Below, piece by piece: positions 1 through 9,560 of a DNA stretch of 54,514 nucleotides. The notes under the pieces are model-generated. The model had not been told where the DNA came from, did not search any database, and was given only the letters and a program-made list of their open reading frames with translations. The stretch lies in IMG/VR virus record IMGVR_UViG_3300025099_000028, positions 1 through 54,514 of that record; one strand, given 5' to 3'. Both the position numbers and the translations under genes were made by a program. Source of the stretch: a virus (lineage: Duplodnaviria; Caudoviricetes). Within the stretch, counting starts at the first letter, position 1. Every line of letters begins with the position of its first letter.

Positions 1-84
1 TAGAGAGTGTCAAATTGGGAATAACAGCCCACGACTAGCCTCGCGGTTATAGTTCTCCACTCTCTGGTACCCTTAGCGGATAGC

Positions 85-231
85 CTATGAAAATTCTTTT
101 TTATTCTTCTTCCACTTAATAATTGCATCAAGAGCTTCTTTTTGGGTTTTATAACCACCTTTTATTCTTAGCTCTTCTAATAGTTCAAGTCCTCTAATTT
201 GATCTTTTGAGAATATATTAGTTAGGTCCAT
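85..231 (-). CDS. small hypothetical early protein
   Basis: ORF; start moved to ATG at 231, which has a GGAGG Shine-Dalgarno (SD) upstream on the - strand. Confidence 0.6.
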   Translation of the reverse strand: MDLTNIFSKDQIRGLELLEELRIKGGYKTQKEALDAIIKWKKNKKEFS

Positions 232-333
232 ATTGCCTCCAATGATTGGTATAAGTTTATTATAATATGATACGTGAGTGTGCACACGCCAATGGTATAC
301 ACACCCCGATATTGCAGGTAAGAAAAGAGTTCG

Positions 334-552
334 TTAGAACTCTTCCCCATCAAATGCTTCCCACTCAGTAGCGAGCAGTGCATTGAGCTGCTTCTTAGTG
401 AAGTTGTACTGCTTCTTAGGGTCATCAGTACGTGCAAACTTCACACGCTTGACACCATTCTTCACCTTCTGCTCATCAAGCATTTCAATCTCTACTTCCC
501 ATAACATTCCATCAACGTCCCACTCTATGTTGCATGTATCACCTGGTTTCAT
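334..552 (-). CDS. hypothetical early protein, probably the first gene of the leftward block
   Basis: ORF 334..627 trimmed to ATG at 552 with AAGGAG SD; MKPGDTCNIEWDVDG... Confidence 0.65.
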   Translation of the reverse strand: MKPGDTCNIEWDVDGMLWEVEIEMLDEQKVKNGVKRVKFARTDDPKKQYNFTKKQLNALLATEWEAFDGEEF

Positions 553-668
553 AATAAAACTCCTTTTTATTTGGTTTTTAACGTAAAAGGATAAGTGAAT
601 ATCCTTTCTCACCCGGATGGGTGACAAGTTTTACCCACACATACAAATTCTACAATTTTTGAAACCTC

Positions 669-697
669 TTGCATTTTTAACTAAAACGATTTAAATT
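669..697 (+). promoter_or_regulatory. sigma70-like promoter TTGCAT-17-TAAATT
   Basis: -35 at 669-674, 17-nt spacer, -10 at 692-697, at the head of the + strand block. Confidence 0.5.
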
Positions 698-720
698 ACT
701 TAGAGCAAAGGGGGGCCCTT

Positions 721-912
721 ATGACATGGGACCATATAATTATAATTTTAGTAGCATTGCTACTTCCTATGGGGCTGAAACACCTAGACAAACAGATTAC
801 GTACAATTGTCCCCCTTATTGTGCCGCGGATCATATGCATTATTGCCCTGCGACCAAAGGAGCAGGGTTGGATTACCAATCCGATTATTATCAGGAATGT
901 GTAGAAAGGTAG
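721..912 (+). CDS. small membrane protein with Cys/His-rich tail
   Basis: N-terminal hydrophobic helix, then CPPYCAADHMHYC. Confidence 0.55.
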   Translation: MTWDHIIIILVALLLPMGLKHLDKQITYNCPPYCAADHMHYCPATKGAGLDYQSDYYQECVER

Positions 913-966
913 TGTTAAGCATTAAGTCCCTGGTTTTACAGGTAGTTACTAGAATAAAAAAATTTA

Positions 967-995
967 TTGCATTTTAAGTAGAAAGTATATAATAT
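967..995 (+). promoter_or_regulatory. sigma70-like promoter TTGCAT-17-TAATAT
   Basis: same -35 hexamer as at 669; AT-rich UP-like tract upstream; AGGAGG SD downstream. Confidence 0.5.
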
Positions 996-1019
996 ATATG
1001 GTATAAATAGGAGGTGTTT

Positions 1020-1199
1020 ATGAAGACTTACATTTTGACTATTGAGTATAATGAAGAGACGGAAGAGATAGAATATCTTACCGAAGAGATACTTGAGGAT
1101 CATATGACCTTCCATTATGGAGATGTTGATGTATCAGAATACTGGGACGAAGAGACTCTAGAGCTACTTGCTAATGGGTACATTTTTGGGGAAACATAG
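1020..1199 (+). CDS. small acidic hypothetical protein
   Basis: AGGAGG SD, then ATG at 1020; very Asp/Glu rich. Confidence 0.65.
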   Translation: MKTYILTIEYNEETEEIEYLTEEILEDHMTFHYGDVDVSEYWDEETLELLANGYIFGET

Positions 1200-1438
1200 T
1201 AAACTCTGAGGAGTTTAATAATTTCTTCTTAACGCGAACAAGCGTTCGCTAAAGAAATTGAAATAAACAGGTAAACGAAAGGATGCTTTGATGGATCAAT
1301 ATGAGGTAGAACAGCTGGTAGGTAATCTTACTAGGTCTATTGAGGAGTTAACGTACAGGATATACACAATGGAGGACAGCCTTGCGCAAATTAATGCACA
1401 GGTTGAAGAACTTAAAGAACTACAACTGGAGGAAGAGA

Positions 1439-1669
1439 ATGCCTAGTTTAGATGGATATAGTTTAAATGAAGAGATCAAGAAGCTAAGAAGTGACGTCTT
1501 TGAAGAACTTACATCAATGAGAGAAGCATTTAGAGAGCTCTATCACTATCTTGATAATATAGAAAAAAAGGAGAAGGCATGCCAAGCAAAGAAAAGTGCA
1601 GCAAAATCAAAGACCCCAAAGAAAGACAAAAGTGCCTTGACTACAAAGGAAAATATGGCAAAGGCGTAA
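1439..1669 (+). CDS. hypothetical coiled-coil protein
   Basis: ORF 1382..1669, likely start ATG 1439 (MPSLDGYSLNEEIKKL) with GGAGG upstream. Confidence 0.5.
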   Translation: MPSLDGYSLNEEIKKLRSDVFEELTSMREAFRELYHYLDNIEKKEKACQAKKSAAKSKTPKKDKSALTTKENMAKA

Positions 1670-1731
1670 AGAAGTCTGGCAAGAAAAGTAGTGGTATGGT
1701 CTCTAAAAAGGGTATCAACCCAGGCTATTAA
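1579..1731 (+). CDS. small basic Lys-rich protein
   Basis: AAGGAG SD, ATG 1579, MPSKEKCSKIKDPKERQKC...PGY; stop overlaps next ATG. Confidence 0.45.
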   Translation: MPSKEKCSKIKDPKERQKCLDYKGKYGKGVKKSGKKSSGMVSKKGINPGY

Positions 1732-1886
1732 TGAAGAATCCTAAAACACATACATGACCATATAGTAATAAACCTCATCCGGTGGGTGAGAAGCATAAAT
1801 TGCCTAATGGCGATAGAATCCATGGGGAAGAGACTGGATCTATAGAGTATAGATATCCCAAAGGAATATATAAAGAGGGTAAATGA
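1731..1886 (+). CDS. small protein with in-frame TGA at codon 9 (possible selenoprotein, readthrough or pseudogene)
   Basis: MKNPKTHT*PYSNKPHPVGEKH...KEGK; TAATG coupling at start, ATGA coupling to terS at end; hairpin at 1774-1790. Confidence 0.35.
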
Positions 1887-2611
1887 GAGTATACCGTGTT
1901 AACGGAATAGAGCATAAAGTATTTGATCCTGACGATATCCTTCCAGAAGGACTGATTGTTCGGTCGAACTGGAGAGAAGGCAAGGTCGGCGAGTGGGTTA
2001 AAGCTGATGATGATTGTGTCTTAGAGGTATTACGACAAGGCATTATGAAGCGTCAGAAGGGGAAAGAGCGAGAGGTTGCTTATGTTGGAACATGTACCGG
2101 GACATTCCCCGCTTATGGTAGTTCTAAGATGGATACTTCTCGTAGATTAAATATTTATTCATTTGGAGGTGGTAGGCTTGCAGATGACGTCTTAATAGAG
2201 AGGGAGAATCTGTCTAAGCTAGAACAGGTTTTTGTTGTATATTTAGCATCAGGGTTTAACCCTCAGGATGCTTATATGAAGGCTTATCCAACTAATGACC
2301 CTGGATACGCTAAATTTAAATCAGCACAGTTAGTTAAAACTAGCAGAATAAGGACAGCTATGAAAGAAGAATTAAAGCCGGTTTTGGAAGAGTTGGATAT
2401 AGACGAGAAGTTTATTCTTAATAACATCAAGGAGGTTATTCTCTCATCCGAAAAAGATGATACTCGCTTAAAGGCTCTTTTTAAGCTGGCTGATATTATG
2501 GATATGGAAGATAAGACTAAGACTAACACAACAACATTAGCCGTAGGCGCATTTAAAGGTTTTAGTGATAATATATTAGATGAGGCACAAAGACCCAAGG
2601 AGTTAAAATGA
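1883..2611 (+). CDS. terS: terminase small subunit
   Basis: FVVYLASG..PQDAYMKAY HTH-like segment and C-terminal 'RLKALFKLA' helix typical of TerS; upstream of TerL. Confidence 0.7.
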   Translation: MRVYRVNGIEHKVFDPDDILPEGLIVRSNWREGKVGEWVKADDDCVLEVLRQGIMKRQKGKEREVAYVGTCTGTFPAYGSSKMDTSRRLNIYSFGGGRLADDVLIERENLSKLEQVFVVYLASGFNPQDAYMKAYPTNDPGYAKFKSAQLVKTSRIRTAMKEELKPVLEELDIDEKFILNNIKEVILSSEKDDTRLKALFKLADIMDMEDKTKTNTTTLAVGAFKGFSDNILDEAQRPKELK

Positions 2612-3006
2612 GTAATGAAAAAGAAGTACGTCAATTTGAAGATATCATAATGAATAAATTTATTAGTGACGAACTCCCTGTATTTGAGATAGAAGGCTTA
2701 TCGGGCGATTCTAAATATGACACATTGCCATCAGATAAAAAAGAAGCTTATGATCTTGCTATGTTTAAATACTTTCAGCAAGCTCAAACAGCTAAATCTG
2801 AAGCCAATGATAGATATGCTAGCATGGAATTTCCCAATTTTGTAAAGCTACATGATCCTAATCCTGGCTTCCATGAAGTATTAAGAGATAAAGATTCTGA
2901 GCCAGGAGCTGCTAATGTATGGCATGATATCTACAATAGAGATACAGCTCTTATGAAAGAGAGTGCATTAAAAGGATTGCGACGTATGATTGCGGCACAA
3001 ATGTAA
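2608..3006 (+). CDS. hypothetical protein
   Basis: 132-aa ORF, SD, coupled to neighbours. Confidence 0.6.
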   Translation: MSNEKEVRQFEDIIMNKFISDELPVFEIEGLSGDSKYDTLPSDKKEAYDLAMFKYFQQAQTAKSEANDRYASMEFPNFVKLHDPNPGFHEVLRDKDSEPGAANVWHDIYNRDTALMKESALKGLRRMIAAQM

Positions 3007-3203
3007 TGGATTTAAAGGGCTTGTCTGTCATGATAGGCGGGATGGTTGAAAAAGAAGTGTCTAGTAAAAGATTTGATATATGTAATGATTGTGATAGCTT
3101 AAGGGCTAATGATACATGTAAGGAATGTGGATGCTATATGAAGGCTAAGACAAAATTTAAGAAAGCATCTTGTCCATTGGGCAAGTGGGGCGCAACTGAG
3201 TAA
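3006..3203 (+). CDS. small Cys-rich Zn-binding protein (DUF6171-like)
   Basis: R..IC..C...C..CGC...KT.....CP.GKW pattern. Confidence 0.65.
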   Translation: MDLKGLSVMIGGMVEKEVSSKRFDICNDCDSLRANDTCKECGCYMKAKTKFKKASCPLGKWGATE

Positions 3204-3228
3204 TATAAATTTAAATAATGTTTCTAAG

Positions 3229-4752
3229 ATGGAAGAGCAGTTATTGCTCGCCAAGAATGATCTTATTGCATTCGGGAAGTTATTTCTACCTGATGACTTT
3301 ATGCGTTCTGAAACTCCTTTTTTCCATTATGCTGTAGCTGATAAGCTAAATGATATATCAATAAAACAATTAGCTGTAGTATTGCCTCGTGGCCATGGAA
3401 AGACAGTATTAACTAAGTGTAGTCTTGTGCATGATTTTGTCTTTGCAAAAGACCCCTTATTCTATGGTTGGGTAGCAGCTAGTAGTAAAATTTCAGTCCC
3501 AAATCTAGATTATGTAAAATATCATTTGGAATATAATGAGAGGGTGTCGTATTATTTCGGCGACGTAAAAGGGAGAAAATGGACAGAAGATGATATCGAA
3601 CTTAAGAATGGCTGCAAACTTATTAGTAAATCTAACCTCTCGGGGATACGTGGAGGTGCTAAGCTACATAAAAGATACGATCTCATCGTCTTGGATGATT
3701 TTGAAGATGAGAATAATACCGGTACACCTGAGTCTAGGGCTAAAATCAGTAATCTTGTTACGGCTGTTGTGTTTCCTGCTCTTGAGCCTAGTACTGGTCG
3801 GCTTCGTATCAATGGTACACCTGTTCATTTCGATGCTTTTATTACCAACATACTTAATGGGTATAATAAAGCACAAGTTCAAGGGGAGCATTTTTCGTGG
3901 GATGTAGTAACCCACAAGGCAATTATGCCAGATGGGACTCCCTTATGGCCATCATGGTTTGGTCACAAGGAAATGGAGCGAAAGAAAAAGTTTTATGCGG
4001 ACAATGGAGTTCCGCAAAAGTTCTACCAAGAATATATGATGGAAGTTCAGAATGAAGCAGATTCAATCTTTAATAGACATCATATCAAGAATTGGGAAGG
4101 GACTTTTTATAAAGATGAAGACACTGGGATTTCGTATGTTAGAACGGCTGAAGGAGATGAATTACCCATTAATGTATTCGTCGGTGTTGACCCTGCTACA
4201 GATAGTACTCGTAGGGATAGTGACTTTAGTGTATTGCTCGCTTTGGGTGTCGATGCTCATAACAACTGTTATGTACTTGATTATCTGCGTAAGCGGTCTT
4301 TACCTGTCCTCGGGATACCAGGGGACGATAAGAAAGGAATTGTTGACTATATATTCGACTATAATAAAATCTATCAACCGAATTTATTCTGCATTGAAGA
4401 CACAACTATGTCAAAGCCAGTATTTCAAGCTATTAACGCAGAAATGCGAAGGCGCAATGACTTCACTGTTAAATATACTGCAGAGAAGCCGGGTAATAGA
4501 ATGTCTAAAAGGGATAGAATACAAGAAATATTGGCACAAAGGTTTGCAGTGGGTTCAATCAAAATTAAAAAAGATCATTACGATTTGCAACAAGAAATAA
4601 TAACATTTGGTCCGAGAATGGGTCATGATGACACTATTGATGCTCTCGCTTATTCTTGTAAGTATGCGCATCCACCAAAGTCACTTAAGCAGAACAAGCA
4701 AGGTGAATGGCACAAGCATAAACCTAAGGCACGTAATTGGATTACAGCATAA
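3229..4752 (+). CDS. terL: terminase large subunit
   Basis: Walker A LPRGHGKT, Walker B LIVLDD, GTP coupling motif, RNase H-like VGVDPA and HDDTIDA. Confidence 0.95.
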   Translation: MEEQLLLAKNDLIAFGKLFLPDDFMRSETPFFHYAVADKLNDISIKQLAVVLPRGHGKTVLTKCSLVHDFVFAKDPLFYGWVAASSKISVPNLDYVKYHLEYNERVSYYFGDVKGRKWTEDDIELKNGCKLISKSNLSGIRGGAKLHKRYDLIVLDDFEDENNTGTPESRAKISNLVTAVVFPALEPSTGRLRINGTPVHFDAFITNILNGYNKAQVQGEHFSWDVVTHKAIMPDGTPLWPSWFGHKEMERKKKFYADNGVPQKFYQEYMMEVQNEADSIFNRHHIKNWEGTFYKDEDTGISYVRTAEGDELPINVFVGVDPATDSTRRDSDFSVLLALGVDAHNNCYVLDYLRKRSLPVLGIPGDDKKGIVDYIFDYNKIYQPNLFCIEDTTMSKPVFQAINAEMRRRNDFTVKYTAEKPGNRMSKRDRIQEILAQRFAVGSIKIKKDHYDLQQEIITFGPRMGHDDTIDALAYSCKYAHPPKSLKQNKQGEWHKHKPKARNWITA

Positions 4753-4753
4753 T

Positions 4754-5404
4754 ATGAACGATAATGAGTTATATAATAATCTATTAAATAAGGCAGCTTC
4801 ATCTGCTGGATTAAAGCCTGAAGAGATAGAATATGCTATGGATGTTATTATTAATCACGAAAGCGCAGGAACATTTGACCCATATATTGAGCAGACAGGA
4901 GGGGGTCCTGGTAGGGGGCTATTCCAGTATGAGATAATGGGTGGCGATGGAAGTGGAGCAGGCAGAACTGCAATGAATTATTTACATAGAGTTTTAGGGG
5001 GTCAAGCTGGCTATGGGAGTGGTAGAGACCCAGTTAATTTCCCAACTTGGATGAAAGAATTTTTTCCAAAAGAAACTCAGAGTGGAACTCCTACAGAGTT
5101 TAGGCAGCCTGTTGGCGAGGTAGATGTTACGAAACTAAATGTAATTCAGCAAAAGATTTTGTTTTTGGGTGATAAGATAGGAGATGGCAGTATATCTAAA
5201 CTTGGAGATAAATCTTTAGCCTCATGGTGGAGCGATCATCATCACAAGGGGAATGAATTAGTAAGAAAGGTCAGTTTTATTAAAGACCAGACTATGTATG
5301 ATGTTAATAAGGTTTATGATCAAGGTGTATCTCTTGTCTCTAAATTTTTTAATGATGAATATACTGAAGATAAAAATAAATTAAATAAAATTATAGGAGA
5401 ATAG
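4754..5404 (+). CDS. lysozyme-fold (transglycosylase-like) protein
   Basis: I..HES catalytic Glu, then Q..GGPGRGLFQ; likely start ATG 4754. Confidence 0.6.
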   Translation: MNDNELYNNLLNKAASSAGLKPEEIEYAMDVIINHESAGTFDPYIEQTGGGPGRGLFQYEIMGGDGSGAGRTAMNYLHRVLGGQAGYGSGRDPVNFPTWMKEFFPKETQSGTPTEFRQPVGEVDVTKLNVIQQKILFLGDKIGDGSISKLGDKSLASWWSDHHHKGNELVRKVSFIKDQTMYDVNKVYDQGVSLVSKFFNDEYTEDKNKLNKIIGE

Positions 5405-5405
5405 T

Positions 5406-5864
5406 ATGGCAAGTACAATAACATCAGCCCCATTAACAGTGAAGATTACAGAATCTTGCACTTTAAATGGAGTTCAGCAGGGTGGCACATATACAAAAAC
5501 AATTTCAGGCATTAATGAGATATCTAAAAGAATCGTTACTGCTACAACTACTTTATCTACTGTATTAGCTTTTGCCGCTGAAGTTGCAGCTGGAACATAT
5601 ATAATAGCAAATGTAAAATATATACGACTTAGCAATTTGGGAAGTGTAGATGTAACTGTTCAGATTAATAGCACGGCAGCCACTGAGGCTGCTGCTTTTC
5701 TTTTAGGGGCAGGTGAAAGCTTTATGTTATTTGATATTGATGATGCATTTGGAGCACATGATTCTTCCATAGGGGCATTAGCCGCAGATGCAGATATATC
5801 AGCAATTCAATTAGATACAGCATCAAGCACAGCTAATGTTGAAATTTTAGTCGCAAGTTCATAG
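5406..5864 (+). CDS. virion structural protein (paralog of next gene)
   Basis: Ala/Thr-rich beta protein; LTVKITES.TLNG..QG, INEISKRIVT, KYIRLSN. Confidence 0.7.
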   Translation: MASTITSAPLTVKITESCTLNGVQQGGTYTKTISGINEISKRIVTATTTLSTVLAFAAEVAAGTYIIANVKYIRLSNLGSVDVTVQINSTAATEAAAFLLGAGESFMLFDIDDAFGAHDSSIGALAADADISAIQLDTASSTANVEILVASS

Positions 5865-5873
5865 GAGACAATA

Positions 5874-6320
5874 ATGGCAGATACTTTAACAGTAACAATA
5901 TCAGAATCACTAACAATGAATGGATCAGCTCAAGGATCCACAAACAAAATGACTATAACAGATATCAATGAAGTATCAAGGCGGATAGTCACATGTCCTA
6001 CTTCAGCAATAACATTATTAACATTTGGAGCTGCCTATGGTGCAGGAACATTTGTTGCGGGAGATGTTAGATATGTACGAATAACAAATAAAGATACAGT
6101 AAATTCTGTAATGATCACTACTTTAGCTGCTAGCAGTACAGATTGTTCGATAAGATTGGATCCTGGAGCTAGTTATTTAATACAAAGCGATACTACTGCA
6201 GCAACAGGGGTAGTGGATTATGCAGCTGATGACAGTGATACATTGGAAGACGTCACTAGTATTACAGGAATTGCAGATACTGCTGTAGTAGATTTAGAAA
6301 TATTTGTTGCCACCGCATAA
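5874..6320 (+). CDS. virion structural protein (paralog of previous gene)
   Basis: LTVTISES.TMNG..QG, INEVSRRIVT, RYVRITN. Confidence 0.7.
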   Translation: MADTLTVTISESLTMNGSAQGSTNKMTITDINEVSRRIVTCPTSAITLLTFGAAYGAGTFVAGDVRYVRITNKDTVNSVMITTLAASSTDCSIRLDPGASYLIQSDTTAATGVVDYAADDSDTLEDVTSITGIADTAVVDLEIFVATA

Positions 6321-6332
6321 TAGGAGAGATTA

Positions 6333-8633
6333 ATGGCTCGTAAAGATAAAACAGCTGATAGGATAAGACAGCTATTTAATAGAGTTAATGCAAGCACTAG
6401 GATTCAGTGGGAGTATATGAATCAAAAAGGCTTTGACTTCTCTAATGATAATCAATTATCAGAAAATGAAAGAATATCCCTTGAAGAACAAGGTATGCCT
6501 ACTTTCACTATTAATCGTATTATGCCTGTAGTAGAGATGCTAAACTTCTATGCTACAGCAAATACACCTAGATGGCAAGCTATTGCTGCTGAGGGTTCTG
6601 ATACTGATGTAGCTGCTGTATTCTCTGATATAGCTGATTATGTATGGTATGGATCAGATGGTGGCACTTTATACGCAAATGCAATTAATGATGCTATTAC
6701 AAAGTCTGTTGGATATTTAATGGTTACAGTAGACCCAGATTCAGATAATGGAATGGGAGATGTAAAAATCACTCAACCAGAACCATTTGATGTATATATA
6801 GATCCTAAATCTAGAGATAGTTTATTTAGAGATGCCGCATTCATTATGATTAGAAAGGTTCTGCCTGTAAGCCATGTTCAATCAATGTATCCTGATCATA
6901 AGCGTAAAATTGCAAATGCAGCTTCTTCTGAGAATGTAGATTATGTGTATACAGAAAAATCAATGGGGAATGATCAAAAAGATTTTTCATATAAAGATAT
7001 TACAGAGTCAGAAAGTATTGATCCATCTACTGGGGAGAATGATAAGCTTATAGAATTATTTGAAGTATATGAAAAAGATAGGATTGCGTATGTAAATGTA
7101 TTCTATCGTGTTCCGCCAGATAAAGAGACTTTAAATCAGATACAGAATCAAGTAGATGTTAAGATGAAAGAAATGTCTCAAGAGATGGCTGTTCAATTAA
7201 AAGAACAAGATCTTAAAATGCAACAAGCAGTTGAAGCAGGATCAATGATACCAGAGAGATATCAATTAGAATTGCAAAAAGCTCAAGATATGATGAAACA
7301 GCAGCTAGAAGCAGCTAGACAAGAGTATATGAGTCAAATGCAGGCTGAAGCATCTAAGATTGAGAATAGAATTATTAGTGAGAAAGAATTTAAGATATTA
7401 GCAAAAGATCAATTATTTATGAGTATGATTGTAGATAAGATTGATTTCTATGGGACTAGGATTAAGCAAAGTGTTGTTGTGGGTGATAAAACATTATATG
7501 AAAAGCATCTACCAGAAAAGATACAAGAATATCCTATTGTACCGTTTTCTTTTAAATGGACAGGCACTCCATTCCCTATTTCTGCTGTATCACCTCTTAT
7601 AGGTAAACAACGAGAATTAAATAAGGCTCATCAGCTAATGGTGCATAATGCATCTTTAGGCTCATCATTAAGATGGATGCATGAAGAAGGTAGTATAGAT
7701 ACTGATTATTGGGAGCAATATTCTAGCTCTCCAGGAGCATTACTTCCTATACGACCAGGCGCTACACCTCCAACACCTGTACAGCCCGCTCCATTATCTA
7801 ATGCATTCTTTGGCATAGTTAATGAAGGCAAACAGGATATGGAGTATTTAGCTGGTATATATGGAGCCATGCAAGGAGATACATCATCTCAGCATGAAAC
7901 ATATAGAGGTATGTTAGCTATGGATGAGTATGGTACTAGAAGAGTTAAGCAGTGGCTTAAGAACTCTATAGAGCCTGGATTAAAACAATTAGGGATTGTA
8001 ACATCACAGTTTACTCAATCTGTGTATACAGCACATAAAGTATTTAGAATAGTGCAGCCTAGTGCATTACAAGAAGATAGGCAAGTAGAAATAAATGTAC
8101 CTATCTATAATGACTTAGGTGAAGCTGTTGGTAAATTTAAAGACTACGCTACTGGTAAATTTGACATACGTGTAGTTGCAGGCTCAACATTGCCCGTTAA
8201 TAGATGGGCATATCTAGATGAGCTAAAATCATTAATGCAGCTAGGAGTTATTGATGATATCGCTCTGTTAGCAGAAACCGATATTAGAAATAAAGAACAA
8301 ATTGCTAAACGTAAGAGTATGTACTCGCAACTTAGAAGTCAGGCTGAGTCCGCTCAGAATCAACTGAAAGATGCTCAAGGTACAATAGAAACTCTAGAGC
8401 GACAATTAGTTCAAGCTGGCATTAAGAATAAAGTCATGCAAGCGACTGTTGAGGTTAACTCAAGCAGAGATAAAGCCAAGCTTCAGGTAGATAAAGAAGT
8501 TATGGAAACTAAAGCTCATCAGAAGCATCTCAGAAACGAAAGACTTAGACATAATCAAAGTGTAAACGATAGATTAAGTCAGTTTGAAGAAGAGAGAATA
8601 AAAAACTTGACTTCCAAGGAAGAGAATAAGTAA
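6333..8633 (+). CDS. portal protein (P22-like podovirus type)
   Basis: 766 aa; Q(L)...E...L...G.P.FTINRI, YPIVPF, L...Q.ELNK, FDIRVVAG motifs; C-terminal coiled coil. Confidence 0.9.
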   Translation: MARKDKTADRIRQLFNRVNASTRIQWEYMNQKGFDFSNDNQLSENERISLEEQGMPTFTINRIMPVVEMLNFYATANTPRWQAIAAEGSDTDVAAVFSDIADYVWYGSDGGTLYANAINDAITKSVGYLMVTVDPDSDNGMGDVKITQPEPFDVYIDPKSRDSLFRDAAFIMIRKVLPVSHVQSMYPDHKRKIANAASSENVDYVYTEKSMGNDQKDFSYKDITESESIDPSTGENDKLIELFEVYEKDRIAYVNVFYRVPPDKETLNQIQNQVDVKMKEMSQEMAVQLKEQDLKMQQAVEAGSMIPERYQLELQKAQDMMKQQLEAARQEYMSQMQAEASKIENRIISEKEFKILAKDQLFMSMIVDKIDFYGTRIKQSVVVGDKTLYEKHLPEKIQEYPIVPFSFKWTGTPFPISAVSPLIGKQRELNKAHQLMVHNASLGSSLRWMHEEGSIDTDYWEQYSSSPGALLPIRPGATPPTPVQPAPLSNAFFGIVNEGKQDMEYLAGIYGAMQGDTSSQHETYRGMLAMDEYGTRRVKQWLKNSIEPGLKQLGIVTSQFTQSVYTAHKVFRIVQPSALQEDRQVEINVPIYNDLGEAVGKFKDYATGKFDIRVVAGSTLPVNRWAYLDELKSLMQLGVIDDIALLAETDIRNKEQIAKRKSMYSQLRSQAESAQNQLKDAQGTIETLERQLVQAGIKNKVMQATVEVNSSRDKAKLQVDKEVMETKAHQKHLRNERLRHNQSVNDRLSQFEEERIKNLTSKEENK

Positions 8634-8636
8634 ATT
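8607..8636 (+). promoter_or_regulatory. sigma70-like promoter TTGACT-18-TAAATT for head genes
   Basis: just upstream of the scaffold gene SD (AAGGAG). Confidence 0.45.
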
Positions 8637-8663
8637 AATATATCTTGAAAGGAGATAAATATT

Positions 8664-9509
8664 ATGTCAAAAGACCAAGAAGGTAACCCTCAAGGAGGCT
8701 CTTCGGATTTTTTTGAAGCAATGGATCGCCAAGTTAATGGGGCGATTTTAGATGATCAGCCAGAACAGGTAACTCCACAAGCAAGTCAGGAACCCGTAAG
8801 GACAACCCCTGCAAAAGCTACGGACCCTACAAATAAAGCGGTTGATTGGGAGAAGAGGTATAAGGACTCAAGTCGCGAAGCTGTAAAGATGCGCGAGACT
8901 TTGAATGATTTAAAACCCTTTGTACCGGTTCTCGATGCGATGAAACGCGATAGTGGCCTTGTTGATCACGTGCGTGGATATTTGGTTAATGGTGGTGAAC
9001 CATCAAAGAACATTACTCAAAAGCTAGGACTAGATGAGGATTTTGTATATGATGCTGATGAAGCATTAAAAAATCCAGAGTCTGATTCTGCTAAAGTGTT
9101 TAATGCTCATGTAGATGGAGCCGTCGAAAAACGTGTCGGAGGCATTCTAGCTGGAGAGAAAAAGCAGGCAATGATGGCAAAAGCTAAACAAGCTCAATTG
9201 CAGGAAATTGCAGCTTTTAAAGAAAAGCATGGAATGGATGACGACCAAATCAATGAAATCATTAATGGGGCAAAACAACGTAAACTTAGCCTAGAAGATC
9301 TTTATTTCTTACAGAATAAAGGCAAGGCTAACGCTAATGTTGCTAATGCAACTAAAGAGGACATGATGAACCAAATGCGAAACGTAAGGAATATACCAAC
9401 AAGTGCCGGTAGTGTCAATAGTCCAAGAGCAGATAAATCAGCAGATGACCAAATCTTTGAGTCTATTGTTGGATCTGATACGGACTTTGACGACTTGTTC
9501 GGCGGGTAA
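8664..9509 (+). CDS. capsid scaffolding protein
   Basis: between portal and MCP; acidic and helical; WEKRYKD motif. Confidence 0.75.
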   Translation: MSKDQEGNPQGGSSDFFEAMDRQVNGAILDDQPEQVTPQASQEPVRTTPAKATDPTNKAVDWEKRYKDSSREAVKMRETLNDLKPFVPVLDAMKRDSGLVDHVRGYLVNGGEPSKNITQKLGLDEDFVYDADEALKNPESDSAKVFNAHVDGAVEKRVGGILAGEKKQAMMAKAKQAQLQEIAAFKEKHGMDDDQINEIINGAKQRKLSLEDLYFLQNKGKANANVANATKEDMMNQMRNVRNIPTSAGSVNSPRADKSADDQIFESIVGSDTDFDDLFGG

Positions 9510-9560
9510 CATTTTGTTATACTGCCATAATTAATAACCTAAAATAAAGGAGATAATCTC

